This document shows positions 25,722-39,447 of a stretch of 64,000 bases of DNA, one piece after another (the first letter of the stretch is position 1; every line of letters begins with the position of its first letter). The stretch is from Trichinella spiralis (Eukaryota), in assembly GCF_000181795.1 (NCBI RefSeq), contig NW_003526945.1, forward strand, positions 2,608,488 through 2,672,487, given 5' to 3'. A model generated the notes under the pieces. That model made no database searches, was not told the DNA's origin, and worked only from the letters and a program-made list of their open reading frames with translations. A program made the translations under genes and the position numbers.

Positions 25722-28700
25722 AAGCGAAACAAGCGAACCAAATATCGAAACCCTTGGAGGCTCCTGAGCCTCCGTGGTCAGCGATTTCTCACTGACATTT
25801 TCCAGCTTGTTCATGTAAACAACAAATAAAAAGTGCTGTTCGGTCTATTTTAGGTCAGCTTGTTTGCCTTTCTTGTAGTACGTTCCCAAGTTAGGTTGCA
25901 GTTGCTGTAAAATTTTCTAGATATTGGATATTTATTCTCAGGTGTATGTTATCGGACGTTTCCATAATGTTCAGCACGTAGTTAGTGTAATTTGTTGTAT
26001 GCGAAAAATCAGCACATGCTTTGATATTTAAGAATAGTCGCTTTCTGCATATGAGAACTTTTCACGTGCCACCATACATTGTTGCAGATGACAATTGTTA
26101 TTCATTTACGTCAACAAAGGTGGTGGGTGGGTGATTCAACTTCAATCATCACAGATATGGAAAAAGTTTGCTCGATGTGCAGAAGTTGGCTTGCGCGGTG
26201 AACACTTGCAAGCTTTGGAATAATTAAATAATGACACAACGTCGAGTAGCTGGAAAGGATGAGTGAGAAATGGGATCCGCGGTAGGTTTACAGCTTAGGT
26301 TACAGGCTGGGAATCTTGTCAGATAGACCAATAAGCATTAATATTAAATATATGTCTAACTGACTATCAAAAAGGCAGAAATTTCGAAAACTGCTACAGA
26401 ATTATCCGCACCATTTCTGATTGCGTATTTCTCGAGATTTTCCGAAAAGTGTGGGCAACTTTCCTATGTATTAACATAGGCAATACGACAACTTTAGAGG
26501 CTAGTTATTCCAAAACCATAGAGCAAATTGCGGTGAAACGCTGCATAGCACTATCGCTTATCAATGTGAACGTCTAATAATCAAAAGTGTTTTTTTTGTT
26601 TTTTGAAATTTTCAGAAAATCCAGGACATTGAATGTGATCCACTTCATGATTGGGTTATTTGTTCTATCGGTGGACGCTTCCAACTGTCTCTGTTTTGGC
26701 GAGCAGCTTTTCCTTCGCGAGTTCCACTTTTCAAGATCAATTTCAAATTAACAGTAAGCGTAGATTGAATTTTTCAGCCAGTTCGACATCACAGTGTAAT
26801 GCAGCATTTTATATTAAAAAGAGAACACAAAATAAGTGAGTATTCCTTTTTGCTAGTATATTTATTTTTTAATATTTTAAATAAAGTTTATGAACAGAAA
26901 AAACAAGTGTGAAAAATGAATCCTGATTTGCATGTTGAATCTAAATTCATTCTTCTGCAATTAGCTTGCATCAGTTATAGAAACAGTTGTTATCGATGTA
27001 TAATAATCAGTGCTTTCAATAACTGTAGGCGTGTAAACCGTGTGCAACGACTGAACAGTATGGCGCTTTTGATAGAACGACAGACAGTCTGGAACTTATA
27101 AAACATTTCATTTTTTATTGTATTTCATTCTTATATTTATTGTATGTATTCTTATTTTTCGAAAAATAATCATCGTGCTTTCGAATAATAGAAAAGGAAG
27201 ATTGAAATTAACGATAAGAACACGCCCAATGAAGACCAGTTGCACTTTCTTCAGTTATTTTATCATTGTTCAAAAATATGACTGACAATAGATATTGCTC
27301 CTGTTATTGTACTTTTGTTGTTCATAAATTTGTGAGCAGTCAGTTGTTTGCAAATCAGATCGAAATGCTCAGTATGTGTATAGTAGTTGTTCAAATTTCA
27401 ATTTCTTCAGTCACATTTTCGAGTATGTGGTGGAAAATTTTCGGAACCAGTGACATTTACTTGCGCTCATGATCTTCACAACCAATGAAATTAAAAACCA
27501 ATAAAATTCTGACTGTGGGGTCTTTGATGGAAGTGGCGAGTCCGAACGGTTGTTTCAATCAATAAAATATTTTCCATGAAAAATTATTGAGAAATATGTT
27601 GATTTTTTTATTCAAATTTATTGACTATTGCGTTGTAGAAAAATTTGTAGAAAACAGTCGTATGTTTGCTCCTAAATGTACTTTTACTGTAGAAAGAATA
27701 CAGTATGGTGCTGATTTATCTATTTCTATGGTCAGTATTTTCTCCCGATGCTGAGAATTGTTGTCAAGTATGCTGATTTATTATTTTTCACTTTACATTC
27801 ACAGATATGTCCAACGAATGTATAGGATCAAATTATACAAGATTTATTTCCAGTTCGTGAAATATATTTGTAAAATCCTACGCTTCGAGTGATATTTTTA
27901 GATATTCGATCTGACTTGACCTAAATTCCAACACCAATAGCATACATTATTAAGCTGTTACTCTGTCAACATTTGTGATCGATTTATTGGTACACATGCC
28001 GTTGTTTACTGGGAAAAGAAACAACTGTTGTCGTTATTGAAAAAGAGAACAACAACAAAAAACAGTTGTTGCGTTCAGATCGTGGGAGAGTGTTGTTGCT
28101 GTGATTCCTTTCGTTCGTACTTTGCCTTTGTTTCAATATATATTCAATAAAATATACTCGAGACTATCCTATACAAGAAGCGATATTTGTGAAATTCAAA
28201 TTTAGCCACGAAAGAAGACAGTTAGTTGTAGAACTTAATTGTCTATAACAAAGTGTAGTACGAGTACCCTGCTCGTCTACTACAGTATTATTCAAAATTG
28301 AGAGTCAATCAGAATACATGAGCAAAACGTTTGGCTCAAATGTAAAATATCTAAATATTTCGATACTGACTGCAGGACACAAATTCAAATGGCTAATGAA
28401 CGTCTTGCACAAACATCTTACTAATTAGTTATCACCCAGCTACCGGCGGTCATGCGGTACTTGATTTTCACGAGCAGGGACAGTACAAGGAAAAGAGTGT
28501 TGGCGTTGTTGTTGTTGTTGTTGTGATTGCTGGCATTGTGGAATAGTCTCGTTTGGTCGTCCGGGGTGTGCTTTGTCAGGCCCATCCATGGTTGGTGGTA
28601 TTGGATGGCAAAGAATTTAAATTATTTTTCTGTTTCATCTTCTATTTCGAAGGTCTTCTATCAAACGTAAAAGAGGCCGCAAGATCACTGAAGATGCACT

Positions 28701-29689
28701 GAACGATTCGATGCGTATGAAATGTGAAGAGTCTATTTGGCCGGCTAACCTCGCTACGTTACAATGGGCGCTTGTCCGTAAAGCCATGTCAACAAGATGC
28801 ATAGGTGCTTGGTGCTGTTTCACTTTCCGACGTAACTTCCAGACATGGACCCCAAAACGTGGCCAGTTTAATTGAAGGACTTCATCTATCTGCATAACAT
28901 CCCGCGTTAGAAAACTTTGTCTTAGAGCAATCCCTACTGAATGATGCTTCCCCGGCGAAGTTCTTTCCTGTAAACACAACCTGGGAAATTTCAGTGGATG
29001 AGTACAATTTCATATTTGTGAGCATTTATGGATAAGAAAGATGATTGTCGGAGTTGGTTGGACATTTCTACGGTTTGCTTCAGCGTAACCACTCCTCAGT
29101 CGAAGAATATTCTGAACTTGGGCGTAGAGCTTGCGAGATTCAGAACGTAGCGTTTTGCCCAATTCTCCAGTGGACCATCGTCGAAACTGCTTCACTGTTC
29201 TGTCCGCATGCAGGAATGGTAAACTTTGGCAGAGGCATGTTGGATATCGATCGGTAAAACGGAGGAGACGTTCCGTGAACGACGACGCGGAAAGCTTGAA
29301 ATCAACAAGATCGAAAATGGCCGCTTGACCATGGACCATTCATTGAATGCCTTAGTTAGGAAAGTGGAATAGATTAAGCAGGCAACTGTACTTGCTAAGA
29401 GGGTCCACAGCTACGACAAAGAAACTGTTTGAATACGACGATGACTACAGAACGCTGGGAAGAACAAGAGTTGTAATTGTTTCCTTGGTTGAATTCAGGC
29501 AAATGTTTTGCTGAGGTGTTTTTACACCAGCAAAATATTTTGCAAGGCAGGCTCCATTAGCAAAGGAATGCATTGGAAGAACTGTGTACGTGGTATGAAC
29601 ATATGCCCGATGGATATCAGATGATTTCTATTCACTTGTAATCATCAGTTCAGGTGGAGGAAACTTGTTGAGAATAGATGAGAATGCAT

Positions 29690-30732
29690 GCACAAGAAAG
29701 AAGTTTTGCCTGAATTTAACCCTTACAAAATGGGATGTTGACATTTTCTAATGCTGCATCTGTGACGACGAGCAGGAACAGATTCTGCACATTGCAGATT
29801 ACCAAAACTTGTCTGCAGGTGACAAGATGAGTAAGTGTTGGAGAAAAGCATTCTCCTGACCTCTAGTCTTTGGCAGTTTAGGCGGAAGCTCTAGCCTACG
29901 ATAGACCTGATCGTTAGAGCGTGTCGCTGTGACGTCATTTCAGTATACATAAAGAATGCGCTATCTATTTTCACTTCACTTAGCTCTTCCGCGCACAACT
30001 GCATTAGACGGTCTTTACGTTGGTAGCTTAAGCTAAATAAAATTCATCAGTAAGGTTAGCCCACTGTACCAAAGGGGAATGATCGCCTTCTGCAGTGTGG
30101 TATTTTTCATTGGCTCTCGGCATTGATGAATCTATGGTCCCATACTATGGTCGGCGAAGCTCAAAGATTTTCATAAGGGGAAAGCCGATTTGCATGGGCT
30201 ACAAGGTCTTGATGTTTTGTGGTAGAGATGGTTATCCTTACCACCTAAATATCCATCAAGGAAAGGAATTGGCATCTGAGAGAGCGCCACACAGCGAAAG
30301 AGTTGTCACGAGGATGGTGGATGATGGTCATTGTCAGTTACTCATGTGTGTAAAACATCACGAAATGTATTTTGATAATTTTTTCACAAGTTATGATACG
30401 TTGAAGAAATTATCTGATCTCAATGTACGGGTCACGGGAACAGTTCGACTGAACCACACCGGAAGTACTTTTGAGTTTTTGACGTCGAACAAAGTGCTCA
30501 TGAAGCTTCGGAGAAATTCGTATGATTGCTCCTGTGACATGGATGTTCGTATGATGCATGGAAAGTGTACATCGTGAGGTGGCATGACAACGCAGTCGTC
30601 ACGGTGGCCAGTAACTGCTGGCAAACTTATAGACGACTTCACACAGTGAACCAGCAGGTGGCTTTCGAACGACGAGCTGCTGACTGTCTACCGTCCCACC
30701 ACGTGAAGGAAAAAGTGCTACTGGCCACTTAA
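29690..30732 (+). mobile_element. Degenerate piggyBac/PGBD-type transposase relic (frameshifted, interrupted by a solo LTR); boundaries approximate
   Basis: TSRNRF..LHIADYQNLSAGDKMSK|VSPLY, IDESMVPYYGR, FIRGKPICMGYK, MYFDNFFTS, VTGTVRLN, WHDNAVVTVASN and a decayed KKCYWPL motif. Confidence 0.85.
29836..30049 (+). mobile_element. Solo LTR (214 bp), possibly BEL/Pao-like, with a 5-bp target-site duplication GTAAG
   Basis: Begins TGTTGG, ends CATCA, flanked by GTAAG (29831-35 and 30050-54). AATAAA lies near the 3' end. Removing it restores the piggyBac reading GDKMSKVSPLY. Confidence 0.85.
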
Positions 30733-31318
30733 TAATGACTATAACTTTTATGTTTGCATGTTGTTGGATTTAACTGACGCCAAATTTTCGTACCGACGAT
30801 TCTACACGGATTAGCTGTAACGCCTCGATTTGCTGAAAATTTCCAGTAAGTCGAACATCTTTATTCTAATACAGTTTAGGTTAATTTACTTTCGCAATGC
30901 TCATCGTGTAATCATGCAGTTCTAGCTTAACGTGGCTATGCATTGCAAAGCAGCTGAGATTAGTTGTACTGGCAACATCTTGGTCGAATTGATTAGTAAT
31001 TTTTCAAACTTCATCTGCAATTGAATGAGAGCAGTCGTTTCCAGATTGTGATTGAGAATGCATCCATTTCATTTTTTGTTCATTAATTTTCATTGCATTC
31101 GTTGCTTTAACATTTGTTATTTGTACAGTTTCACTGCGTATTGTTCTGTTGATGTTTGCTCTTATCAGTATCTATGGATAATTATAGATAAGAAATAAAT
31201 TTTATAATGCAAAATATTGGTGTTGTTTTGAAGCTTATTCATTGGCAACTACGAATAGCTGAATTAAATCATTTGAAGTTTTTCAAATCAGTAGTCAGTT
31301 TTCAGTTGGGAAGAAACC

Positions 31319-31722
31319 AGATATTTGACAGAATTGCTTATTCGTAAACATATCATAGATTGAAAGAAATAAGGCAATGTTAAATGAAAAGTGTAATACA
31401 TTCTGTTCATTTCAATTAATTCTTATTTCTATATCGTTTGCAATCAATAAAATTGCGTAAATAGAATTTTTTCAATTAAAAGATTTCTGTATTACAAAAA
31501 TGAATTTCAGGTACAAATGTTATTAGGATCACGAACATTGCCTGGAGGATATAAGTCGTAATTTCTGTATAAATATTCATAGAATTGAATTACTTTCCGT
31601 ATTATCTAGATCGCGTGTTTGATTTCGTTTCTCCTTACTGCTACTAAAATCGCATCATCATGCAAGGTTTTTTTGAAGATCTCAGCAAATACTCTTTTCA
31701 TGAGATGTTGCGACTAGGTTTG
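31319..31722 (+). repeat. Dispersed AT-rich repeat, copy 1 (about 400 bp)
   Basis: Collinear similarity with 49642-50039, from AGATATTTGACAGAATT through CAATAAAATTGCGTAA and CAGGTACAAATGTT to TGCGAC(T/C)AGGTTTG. Confidence 0.85.
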
Positions 31723-31732
31723 NNNNNNNNNN

Positions 31733-31751
31733 TATTATTATTATTATTAGT

Positions 31752-31787
<36 letters not shown>

Positions 31788-31812
31788 CAGTAGTAGTAGT
31801 AGTAGTACTAGT
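31733..31812. repeat. (TAT)n/(TAG)n microsatellite
   Basis: Directly visible trinucleotide repeats immediately after the N-gap. Confidence 0.9.
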
Positions 31813-34214
31813 GCTAGTATTAGATTATGATCTTTGTTGTAAAGTGCATGTAAATGAATGTGAAATTTTTTTCCAAATTCAAGAATAAATTTTTCCAAAG
31901 TATTATTCAGTTTTTGTATTTAGTAATTTTAAAGAATGTCTGATTTTATGTCAAATATTAGTCACATTGACGAATATACCTTAGACAGCAGAATTGATAA
32001 TTCATTCTGTACAAACATATATATGTATGTTTGTTTGTATAATAATTTGAGTGGTCAGTGAACATTTCTTTGAACAGTTCTCTTCAAAGCTTAATACTGT
32101 TTAAATGATGTTATACTTGGAAATGCTTTTGTCAATCAACTTTTTAACCTTGAAGAATGGTTAATTTAATTTTACCGTTGCGAATTACGGCCGCTCTTGT
32201 GATAAAAGCACGTTTAACAGCAAACAGGACAATTAATTATAAGACTAAATAAATCGAATCTGTGTAAATTTTTATCCGGCAACCTTTTGAAATTGTTGTT
32301 GACACAAAGCCACATCACATGAAGCTTGTCATCTCGAAAATAACTCGCTTAAAAGCTTTATTTTCAAATCACGTCAAATTAGAACCGTAGCAAATTTACA
32401 AAATTTATCTTCCTTGTCGACTGACGTGAAATGTGTATTTTGAATTTTTCTCTTTTTGAAATTTCCCATATCAGACTAAATTGGACAATATAATTGCTTT
32501 TTGAAAGGACAATTTTAAGCTTGTGGAAGAAATTGAATGAAATATTTCTTTATTATGATAGAATTAAGATGAATAAGGCAAACAACTTTTTTAAGGAAGC
32601 CACAACTTGCCATCGGATAAATAAATGTATTATTATTGTTAATTTATTGAACAATTTCTCCATTCGGCGTACCAAATGTGTAGTATACTAATGAAAACAA
32701 CTGCTGTCTGTCTGTTGTATTAATATTGATCATGATTAATGATGAATACCTAATCTCTCCTTCACTAACAATGACAATTTTAATCATCTCTTGAACTTTG
32801 CCAATGCTTTGATCTTCACCCCACTAAAGAGCATGATTGGATTTGGCAATTATTTAATAAGAAGTGCTAAATTCGAAAATGTGAATAGAAAAATATTGTT
32901 ATCTTTTTGTCAGCTTTTTAAAAGTTTTATTCTTTTTCTCCTCTTCAAAAGATTGCCAAATTGCCAATCTGTCCAATGAAGGATCAATGTTCAGCGAATT
33001 CAACTTATGATAAGGCGAACATGTATTTAAAAAAAGTATAACCGCATCCGAATTTTATATGTTCAATTCGCATACGAAACCTTCCTTTTCTTTTCATATT
33101 TGTGATGTGATTTTTGTTTTTACAAAATTATAAGATGCTTCAAATTGTGAGGTAAAATTTACTTTTCATTTCAGCAGTTTATTTCAAAATAAAAAAATTA
33201 TAAATAATATATATACGTAGTCTGTTCTTTGTCGTTTTTTGGTAAAATATCTTTTCAAAGGAAACACAAATAGACAGGACATAAAATCAATCAACAAGAA
33301 CCTAGAATTTAGCTTCAAAATACTGAATTAACATTTTACGAAAGTATTTGAATAAATATAACGCGAGAAACTGAAAAACAAATATTAAAATTAAACAAAA
33401 TGCAAGCAGATGAAGGTAATCAATCTTAGCACCACATGACACGAGCAATACAAGCTCAATCTTTTTTGTGAAAACGCTTTCAATAATGTGTTGGTTAATG
33501 TTTTAAAAAATAACTTACCCAACAGAGCAACACAAAGGCAAAGCAACATTGTGCTTAGAAATGTTTTCTTTATTCAGCACATGGAGAATGGGAATGGAAA
33601 AATAAATCATGCAATCAACGTTGCAGTCGATAAATGTTGAAACACTCCTTATGAGCTTATACTTTTTGATGAATGAAATTGAAACCATTGAATACGAAAG
33701 CAGCACATATGCATATCTGTCGTGTGCTATATTGATTAGTTTTGCATTTTGAAAAAATGATTTTTAGTTCATTTTCTAATCTCAATAATTTTGAAAAAAA
33801 TGTCGCATGTGCATGCATAATTTTTTTTTGTTTGTTCATTTCACAATGACGGAAACCAAAATATTACAATTAATTCTTGAATAGCATTATTATTGAAGTT
33901 TCTCAGTTTTAATTGGAAAATGCGTAAAAATTCCACTGAGGAAATTATGAAAAGCAAAAACTTTTTTTATGTTGGCATAAATTTATCAAAAATTTAAAAA
34001 TAATACTGTAATTGGTTTGTTCTAATGTAATTCTATTTAATTTTTTATATTTTAGCTGTTTATTTTAGTTTTTTATAAAAAAATCAACAACAATAATGTA
34101 CGATAGTACTTGATAATCAGTAGTAATTTACTGTAAATTAGCATTGACGGTAATATTGTTGTTTAGGAGTGATTTACCCATCGCCTTTTGTCAACCGCAG
34201 TTCATTTGTTCAAA

Positions 34215-37200
34215 ATGACTGACGAAATAGCATCCAAACAAGATATTGACGCCATTTTTAAAAAGCTTCTTTCTTATCCTGCTAATAAAGTATGTTTGTT
34301 TATTTTTTGATCAAATTTTGTTGTAATTAATTTTGATATATTTTATTTATTAAAATGTTTATTCCATGTTATTATTATAATTATTATGTTAATATTGTTT
34401 CGTTAAAAATTTAAGTTTTCTTGACTTTATAGTAATTATGATTTTAATATTTTAATAATTATTTTCAAAATATTGCTTGATCATTTTTTACTTGAAAAGT
34501 AGTGATTTGTAAAGTTTTTTTTCTTTTTTATATTTCATAATTAGTATATTTAAATTATGGATGACTACTACCATCATCCAAATGTAAACAGCGTATACAT
34601 GTATTGTTCATATATTTGTTGTGCTTAGTATTTTCCACAAGCATTTTTTGATGAATAATTTTTAGTTTTGGTATTACGTCAAATCGGAAGTAATGATCAG
34701 ATTGAGTCGTGTGATTGCATTAATCTTTCTGAATTTACGTTCTGCATCTTAAGTTGATTTTTTCCAAATGAATAACATATTTTTTACTTTTATCCTTTGA
34801 ATTTTTTAATAATCTGTATTTTGGTGTAAAGTGTGACTTGCATTTTGCATCGACAAAATTAGATGGTAACTTGATACGTTCACCGAGATGAATTCAGTTT
34901 TATATTTCTAAGTTTAGTTATTTATGTAATTAGGTGAAATTGAACAGTTCATGAACTGGCCACATTTTCTGCCGGTACTTTCTGCTGTGTTTTTCACGGC
35001 AATATAAACGACGTGGCATAGTTTTCATAGTTTGTATAAGTTTATTTCTTTGATTTTGATTTATGTCATTCGTGATGTTAAAATTTGAAAAAAAAAGAAA
35101 ATTGATTTTATCATATAATTGTATTTTCGAAATATGTGTTGTTTGTTAATTTGACGTTCGAGTAGAGAGTTGTAGTGTGTTTATAATTATTGTAATAGCT
35201 GTTGATGCAGCGTTGATTGTTTATTGAAATAGACATGTTTGCAGAATGTGAATTTCAATTTTGCCGACGTTCAATTTTACTTCTTCTTCCTTATTTTCAT
35301 CATTTTTAGTGCTGTTTTGATTGTCAAGCGAAAAATCCAACCTGGGCAAGCGTAACATATGGCATTTTTATTTGTATCGACTGTTCGGCTATTCATCGAG
35401 GTCTTGGTGTGCACTTGTCTTTTGTACGCTCTACGCAGCTCGACACGAACTGGACATGGGTGCAGTTGCGAAGAATGCAAGTTGGAGGAAACGCGAATGC
35501 GGTGATGAATAATCAAATATATATATATATATATGTACTATTATTAATTATTAATTAATTTCTTTTATTTTTTAGGCGCAGTTTTTTGCCAGTCACGGTT
35601 GCGATACTAATGATGCTCAACAGAAATACGGTAGTCGAGCGGCACGCATCTATCGCGACAAACTTAACGCCATGGCCATTTCAGCGCATCGTGCAAACGG
35701 AAAGAAAGTAACAATTTATTTATTTTCCACCAAAAAAATGTAAATTTAAACAAAATGGAAACAATTTTAAGTTTAAAGTTGTTCAATGCGATCTGTTGCA
35801 TGTAAAATTAGCATTGTTTTTAGTTGCATTTGGATTCAGCGTCCGGAAGCCAAATTTCATCAAAGCCTGCCGATACAGAAGTGGATTTTTTCGCTGATCA
35901 CATGAAAGAAGAAGCTACGGCCAAAAAGTCCACACCCTTTGACAGCAGTGCTGCTAGTGTCAAGCCTGCATTATCGGGTAATATACAAAGAGAATATTTG
36001 TTTACGAAATTATTATTATTTTATTTTTTTGAGAACTTACTAGCACTTCAGTTCAGAAAAGCGGTGCAAATTTAGCTGGTACAAATCAAAAAGGTACAAG
36101 CGTCTTGGGGCAGAGGACTGGACTTGGCGGGAGAAAAGCGGTGAGTGTAAAAGTTGAATTATTATTATTATTATTATTATTGTTCTTGCATACCGTTATG
36201 TTCAGGTCGGAGCTAAGAAGCTGGGCGCAAAGAAAGTGGATGTCGATTTTGACGAAATTGAGCGTCAGGCGAAGGAGATGGAAAAGATGCAACTGGAGAA
36301 AAAGACCAAACGACAACCTGATATGCCAGCGGAAACGGAAACGGTCAAGTATGTTTGAAGAAAAAAAATTTTTTTAATTACATTTCATGCAGTACAGTTG
36401 AATGAGTTGAATATTTTGAACAGCGTGGACAGATTTACGCTGAAAGATGTTGAAGAGATGGTGCAAAAGAAGCAAGAACAATTGAAAGCTATTGGTCGAA
36501 AATCAGAGGTTCCAATAGAACGTCTTGGGATGGGCTTCAACGTGGGAAAGAAGTATGAATAGTGGAGGAGGAGGGGAAGAAGTATCTATATCTATATATC
36601 CAGTATTTGTTTCAGTCAAGTTAGTCATTCAGTTTTGCAAGATTTGCAACCAGTCGGAAGCAGTGGTGGTTTTGACGTTCAACAGCACCAGGGTAAGAGA
36701 GGCAAAGCAGCAACGGCAACAACAACAGTGACAAAGAGCGCTCTCGACAGGACGACGGATTTTTCCAATTTTACCGATGATTGGGAATTTTGTCAGTTGA
36801 ACAAGTGAGCAGCAACCAAGCAGTGCATTGAGTTGAAAATATCGTTATTTAAATAGTTTGGTGAAAATCTGTTGCAGACAAACTGACATCGGTGAGAATG
36901 GTAATAACAGTTATTCGTACGATTATTCCAAACGTGCCCAGCCGTCGTCGTCGTCATTCTCTAGCAGGTATAATTATTGCATTTTGTGTATGTATATCAT
37001 TGCTTTGAAGTTTTGCCGATTTCAGAAATGCACCCCCTTCACCGTACGACAGCACATCGGTTGGAAGTGCGCAACAGAAATTTGGTTCAGCAAAAGCAAT
37101 TTCATCTGAACAATACTTCAGTCAAGACAAACCAGATGTATGTTAATTGTGAACAGGGCAGTTTATTAGTTTAAAATTATGCCCATTCTATAATTGGTAA

Positions 37201-37570
37201 CAGTTGCTTGTTTAGTTCGAAGTGCAGAGCAACCTTGCAAGATTCCAAGGTAGCAGCGCCATATCGAGCAGTGATCTTTTTCAAAATGATCCAAATCGTG
37301 CAGCTGGTGGTAAAATTAGCAGTTACGCGCAGTCCGTGAGCATGCAATTGCCAGATATGGCCGATATCAAAGATTCTGTCAAACAAGGAGTTGCCAAAGT
37401 GACCGGCAAGCTGGCGACGCTTTCGTCCAATTTCAGCAGCTACATCAGCGTAAATATTGTTGAATATTGCTTTTCCTTTTCATTTGTCTGCGTACAAAGT
37501 TTGCAGTGTGAACTTTGATTTTGGCAATACTAATTATTTTTTTTTGTTTTAGGAAAATTACGGACGCTGA
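34215..37570 (+). CDS. ARFGAP2/3: ADP-ribosylation factor GTPase-activating protein 2/3 (Glo3-like)
   Basis: [81 protein letters not shown] (ArfGAP zinc finger), KLGAKKV, ERLGMG, Glo3 motifs [17 protein letters not shown] and [14 protein letters not shown]. Stop at 37568-37570. Confidence 0.93.
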
Positions 37571-38577
37571 TGTGTTTGACGTGTGACGGCGGCTACACGA
37601 CAATTGCTGCTATATTTTTTGTGTCCACTAATTCTGAAATGAACATAATTATTATTTTATTTTATTTTTTTGGTAGGTGCTGGTTCTTATAACTTTTATT
37701 ATTCTTTTTTTTATCTCATAATATTGTATTGAATGGTTTTGCATGGGAGGACAGTGTGTATGCCTTTTTTGATTTCAACATTTCCATGCAACAACAACAA
37801 CAACCTTGCTTTTCTCATGGTCTGTCTGTATTCATTGTTCATTTATTATACTGTATTTGGTCGGATTTGGAGGTTGTATTTCTCTTTTTGCAACTTTATT
37901 CATTTCAGTTGCACTTGTTGATGATTCTTGTTGCGCATCAGTAAATTGGAATAACTATTAGTATCTTTTTTGTTTCAAGTGTACTTTTTATCTGAAATGC
38001 AAATGTGCAAATGTTGTTTCTGCCGTGATAAATCAGCTTTGCTTTTTACATATATGTATGTATGCATACATGTTGCAACTGTGCTCTGATAAGGAAAAAA
38101 CATTTGTTTGAAAGTATGTTTTTGCTACATATGGTGGTTGTGCTTTTTTTACGCATTCGCTATCGATTGATCATTTACCAAAATTTACAAACATTTCAGA
38201 ATTGCTTTGTGCTGCTTTTCTGTTGTTGCTCATGCACAACTACTGCTACTACGGCTTTGGACCAACAGGACAGAAGAGCTATTTTTTCATTTGAGAAGAG
38301 GTTCGAATTGTTTTTTTATTCTTTTCATTTCATCAATAATAATAATAATAATACATTTTTGCTCAAAGTTATAATACAACTATCATCGGACATTTAAAAA
38401 TTAGTAAAATTCTGCAACGTCAATCACAATAGTAGCAGTATAGTAATAATAATTGAAACGTGCAATTTTGCATAGTACATTCGAAAAGCATGTGCTCGAA
38501 TACAAACGACATTGCTCATACGAACAGGTGGAGTTGCATGCTAAAAACTGAAATATTAAAGTTGAAATTGTGGAATA

Positions 38578-38584
<7 letters not shown>

Positions 38585-38617
<33 letters not shown>
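38585..38617. repeat. (GA)n microsatellite
   Basis: Directly visible. Confidence 0.9.
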
Positions 38618-38625
<8 letters not shown>

Positions 38626-38672
38626 ATTGGTGGAAGCGAATACTGCTGAAACATCGAGTGCAATCAAGCGAT

Positions 38673-39447
38673 TCAAGAATTGGCAGCGTCCATGATGAGA
38701 AAATCTCGCACGGATTTGGTGACAAAATCTTCCAAGTTGTAAATGTAAGAGCACATGATCGTACAGTTGGGGAAGTGGAACTCTTTGCAGATGTAACAAG
38801 CGGCTCTGGCCATTTCGGCTGTCTGGAAAGTGACAATGGCCACGTGTGGATTTTCGTGGCGTATTTCCACGTGCAGCACTTTGCCATAGGAGGAAAAGTG
38901 GCTGAACAAGTGCTCGGTCGTCGTGCGTCCGTTGAATATTTCCACGAAGATCATGTTGTGCACGAAGTCTCGGCACTCTTGTGTGAAACAATAAAGCTTA
39001 TACAGCATAGAGTTGTACTTGAACAAACTTAGCGGCTATAAAAAAATCATAATACTTAATTGTGACAACATCTGGGAACAGAGAGGAAGATTTGAAAAAA
39101 TAAACAAAAAGCTTTCTCCCCACGCTTACATCTTGCGTAGACAAGCTGAAAATTTCGAACAGAAAATTACGCAGTACTGCACCATGTTCACTCCTGTAAT
39201 GCAATTCTATCATGGTTGTGTTCAACAATCTGAAAAACAATACCAACATATATATATATAGAATAAGTGAAAAAAGAGCATGTCGAAAATTTACCGTACC
39301 TTTCGTTGGTAAGGCGACTGTTTGTAAAAAGAAAGAAAGTAAGTAAGAAAATTAAAATTTAATATGAATGCCTAATGTTGCTTTATAAAATATTATGAAT
39401 ATATTTATATGCACGTGTACACGTACGTACCCGGGACGCGGTTCCAT
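38673..39447 (-). CDS. Small single-RRM-like protein with 4 or more exons, including an 18-nt micro-exon (39300-39317); start may extend to ~39654
   Basis: In-phase splicing gives MEPRPG|RLTNER|LLNTTMIELHY...STQD|PLSLFKY...MIFVEIFNGRTTTEHLFSHFSSYGKVLHVEI...AIVTFQTAEMARAA, an RNP2/RNP1-like RRM pattern. Confidence 0.65.

Noticed and set aside
25756..25773. GGAGGCTC-CT-GAGCCTCC hairpin after the ABCA stop
   Set aside because: An 8-bp stem can arise by chance, and a bacterial terminator reading does not apply to a eukaryotic 3' UTR.
29716..29730. TTAACCCTT resembling a piggyBac left terminus
   Set aside because: No convincing matching right TIR found, and it sits too close to mid-transposase sequence.
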